Shown in pieces: positions 62,162 through 64,000 of a stretch of 64,000 bases of DNA (its first letter is position 1; each line of letters starts with the position of its first letter). Under the pieces are notes generated by a model. That model was given only the letters and a program-made list of their open reading frames with translations, was not told the origin of the DNA and made no database searches. Position numbers and translations under genes: made by a program. Location: positions 32,001-96,000 of the forward strand of contig JBBQUR010000017.1 of the NCBI GenBank assembly GCA_038212275.1, read 5' to 3'. Source of the DNA: Planctomycetota bacterium (lineage in GTDB: Bacteria; Planctomycetota; B15-G4).

Positions 62162-64000
62162 TCAAGGCGTTCCGGACAGCTGGAGCCGGTGTACCCCTCC
62201 ATTGCCGTCTGCAACGTAGAATGCAGGTCCGGACGTGTCAGATGGCGCAGGCGCGAGGGCCTGAGGCTGAAATGGCGTCGGTATTGTAAGCAACAGCGAC
62301 ATCGGGCTTGCTGCGGTGTCTAGCACTTCGATGGAGCCATTTAGAAATGCCACATAAAGATTGCTGTCTCCTGATGGGCCATGCATGACGCCGAGCACCG
62401 ACTGCCCGCTGTGTACATAGGTCTTGAGCAGCGATGGTGTCGCGCCGGGAGTGGCAGAGAACGTGGCGACTCCATTGCATCCGAATCCGGCAAACAAAGA
62501 TCCCGAGCGGTAGTGAATACGCCCAACAAGCGAGTCAGTATCGGTACTTATCTGAGCCTTTCCGAGATAGCTGCAGACAACCTCTGTTCCGGTCCATTCT
62601 GCATCAATCGCGACGACACCAATGCCTGGATACGTCGAGTCATCACTACCGTACGTCGCCCATACTGTGAAGTTATTGCTGCCATCGGGCTCTACCCACA
62701 AACCAACCAAGCTGCCGCGCTGGCCGTCGAAGGACGAATCGCAGCGCAGCGGGACCCACGCACCGATTTCCACAGCCAGTGACGGCAAGAGGTGATTACC
62801 ACCATTCTTTCCCAATCGGTAGATGCGGATCGCCCCGACGGCTTCCTTGCCTGGACACGCCCCCCTTGATGCCGCGCTGTCAGACCTGTTCAGCGCGAAG
62901 AGCCACGGGTATCCATCAGGTGTGGAGCCAGCAGGGATTGCTTGTGCTGAATAGACACGACCGTTCGTTGCTAGTGAGCCATAGCTAGTGAGCGATTGAA
63001 TTATGCCGCTGCTGAACGTCGGTTCAACGAAGATGACACCATCAAAATTGGTATCAAATATCATCGCGCGATACGTGCCATCCGGACCGGTTCCCGAGTC
63101 CATGGTCGAGAGCCACACTCCACCTGTGTGCACATAATCGGTTGGCTCCTCCAGCAGTGACGAACTTGACGTAGAGATTGAGCCATCAAATGTAGCAACG
63201 CCGGACTCGGTGCAAACAACGATGTTGTCCCCGAACACTGCAACGTCATCGGCATTTGAGATAGGAAGGTTGCCATCGGATTGGTCAAAACTTCCGACTT
63301 CCGTTAGATGCCATGACGATCCGCTTCGCGCCGCCTCGACTACGCGCAGCCCGCTCTGACGCGCGGCGACATCAATTCGAATTGTGTTGTCGTCAACAGC
63401 TCTCGCGGATACCTTCACGGGGATACCACCCAGCGGCCCCTCGCCTGATGCTGAAATGGTTGCCAAACGCGTCGCGGTGCCCGTCGCAGTATAGAGCCTA
63501 ACTGAGAGCTCAGCCGTCCCGCTGTCGTCTAATGACTGATCGTCGCAAGTGGATGGCATTGAGCATGCCCCCCACTCCTGGCGATCGGCAGGAAAGGAAG
63601 GGCCGAGCACAATCGCGAGCAAGTACTCCTGAGAAGTCGGCTCCGCCAATGCAAGGCCTTGGTAACGGCAAGCGGTGCCGCCACACAGAATCGGCCAGCC
63701 ATAGCCAACAGTCTCGTTCAAGTTTCCAATATTCAAGCGATGCACTCCTCGGGTGTTCGCTGCCACATAAGCAACGCCTCCCCCCGGATCGATGACAATG
63801 TCATGGATAAATGTCGGCACTGGCTGTGAGCTGACCTCAACACTCCATGTAGCTGCTGGGGATGATGGAATCGTCAATGGCGCGCCACTCGAAATGTCGA
63901 AGTCATACTCCTGAAGTGCATCACCACTCGACGAACCGCCCGCACAAGCGGTGCCGACAAGGACGATGAGCTTGCCATTCTCCGTGTCCAGGGTGGATGC
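62162..64000 (-). CDS. Hypothetical beta-propeller-like protein, 5' end outside the window
   Basis: The reading frame stays open from 63877 to the window edge; YVAA..RGV and YVADGNGGV (LVIVD-like) units; lower GC. Confidence 0.6.
   Translation of the reverse strand, partial: ASTLDTENGKLIVLVGTACAGGSSSGDALQEYDFDISSGAPLTIPSSPAATWSVEVSSQPVPTFIHDIVIDPGGGVAYVAANTRGVHRLNIGNLNETVGYGWPILCGGTACRYQGLALAEPTSQEYLLAIVLGPSFPADRQEWGACSMPSTCDDQSLDDSGTAELSVRLYTATGTATRLATISASGEGPLGGIPVKVSARAVDDNTIRIDVAARQSGLRVVEAARSGSSWHLTEVGSFDQSDGNLPISNADDVAVFGDNIVVCTESGVATFDGSISTSSSSLLEEPTDYVHTGGVWLSTMDSGTGPDGTYRAMIFDTNFDGVIFVEPTFSSGIIQSLTSYGSLATNGRVYSAQAIPAGSTPDGYPWLFALNRSDSAASRGACPGKEAVGAIRIYRLGKNGGNHLLPSLAVEIGAWVPLRCDSSFDGQRGSLVGLWVEPDGSNNFTVWATYGSDDSTYPGIGVVAIDAEWTGTEVVCSYLGKAQISTDTDSLVGRIHYRSGSLFAGFGCNGVATFSATPGATPSLLKTYVHSGQSVLGVMHGPSGDSNLYVAFLNGSIEVLDTAASPMSLLLTIPTPFQPQALAPAPSDTSGPAFYVADGNGGVHRLQLSGTP

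Overview
High-GC bacterial DNA. The gene content (ECF sigma/Ser-Thr kinase pairs, FG-GAP and SBBP secreted proteins) suggests Planctomycetota, but this is inference. There are about 46 CDS and no rRNA, tRNA or CRISPR array that I can see. Main contents: (1) a sulfotransferase-like / class IV aminotransferase-like / dinB run at the left edge; (2) an ECF sigma plus Ser/Thr kinase pair; (3) a NUDIX plus CHAD pair; (4) three tandem paralogous putative DNA-binding proteins (coiled coil + linker + winged-helix-like C-terminus, Rok/H-NS-like layout); (5) a ~15 kb divergent, translationally coupled cluster that mixes glgA and glgB with four ATP-grasp ligases, a GCS2-CBS ligase, two esterases (one with a CBM48-like N-terminus) and two peptidases, a candidate pathway for an amino-acid- or peptide-modified alpha-glucan; (6) a B12-binding radical SAM gene coupled to an orphan gene; (7) phoD and a decayed ECF/kinase remnant; (8) a lower-GC right end with secreted orphans and an intact IS110-family (IS1111-type) element. 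The element's 3' non-coding region is a structured RNA candidate with guide-like matches to its own junctions. Six unrelated secreted proteins across the window share one ~120-aa C-terminal 'DLG...P[FL]KG[GA]...[ST]N[AG][LV]...TP' domain, a candidate export or surface-anchoring tag. All calls come from reading motifs by eye; no database searches were run.
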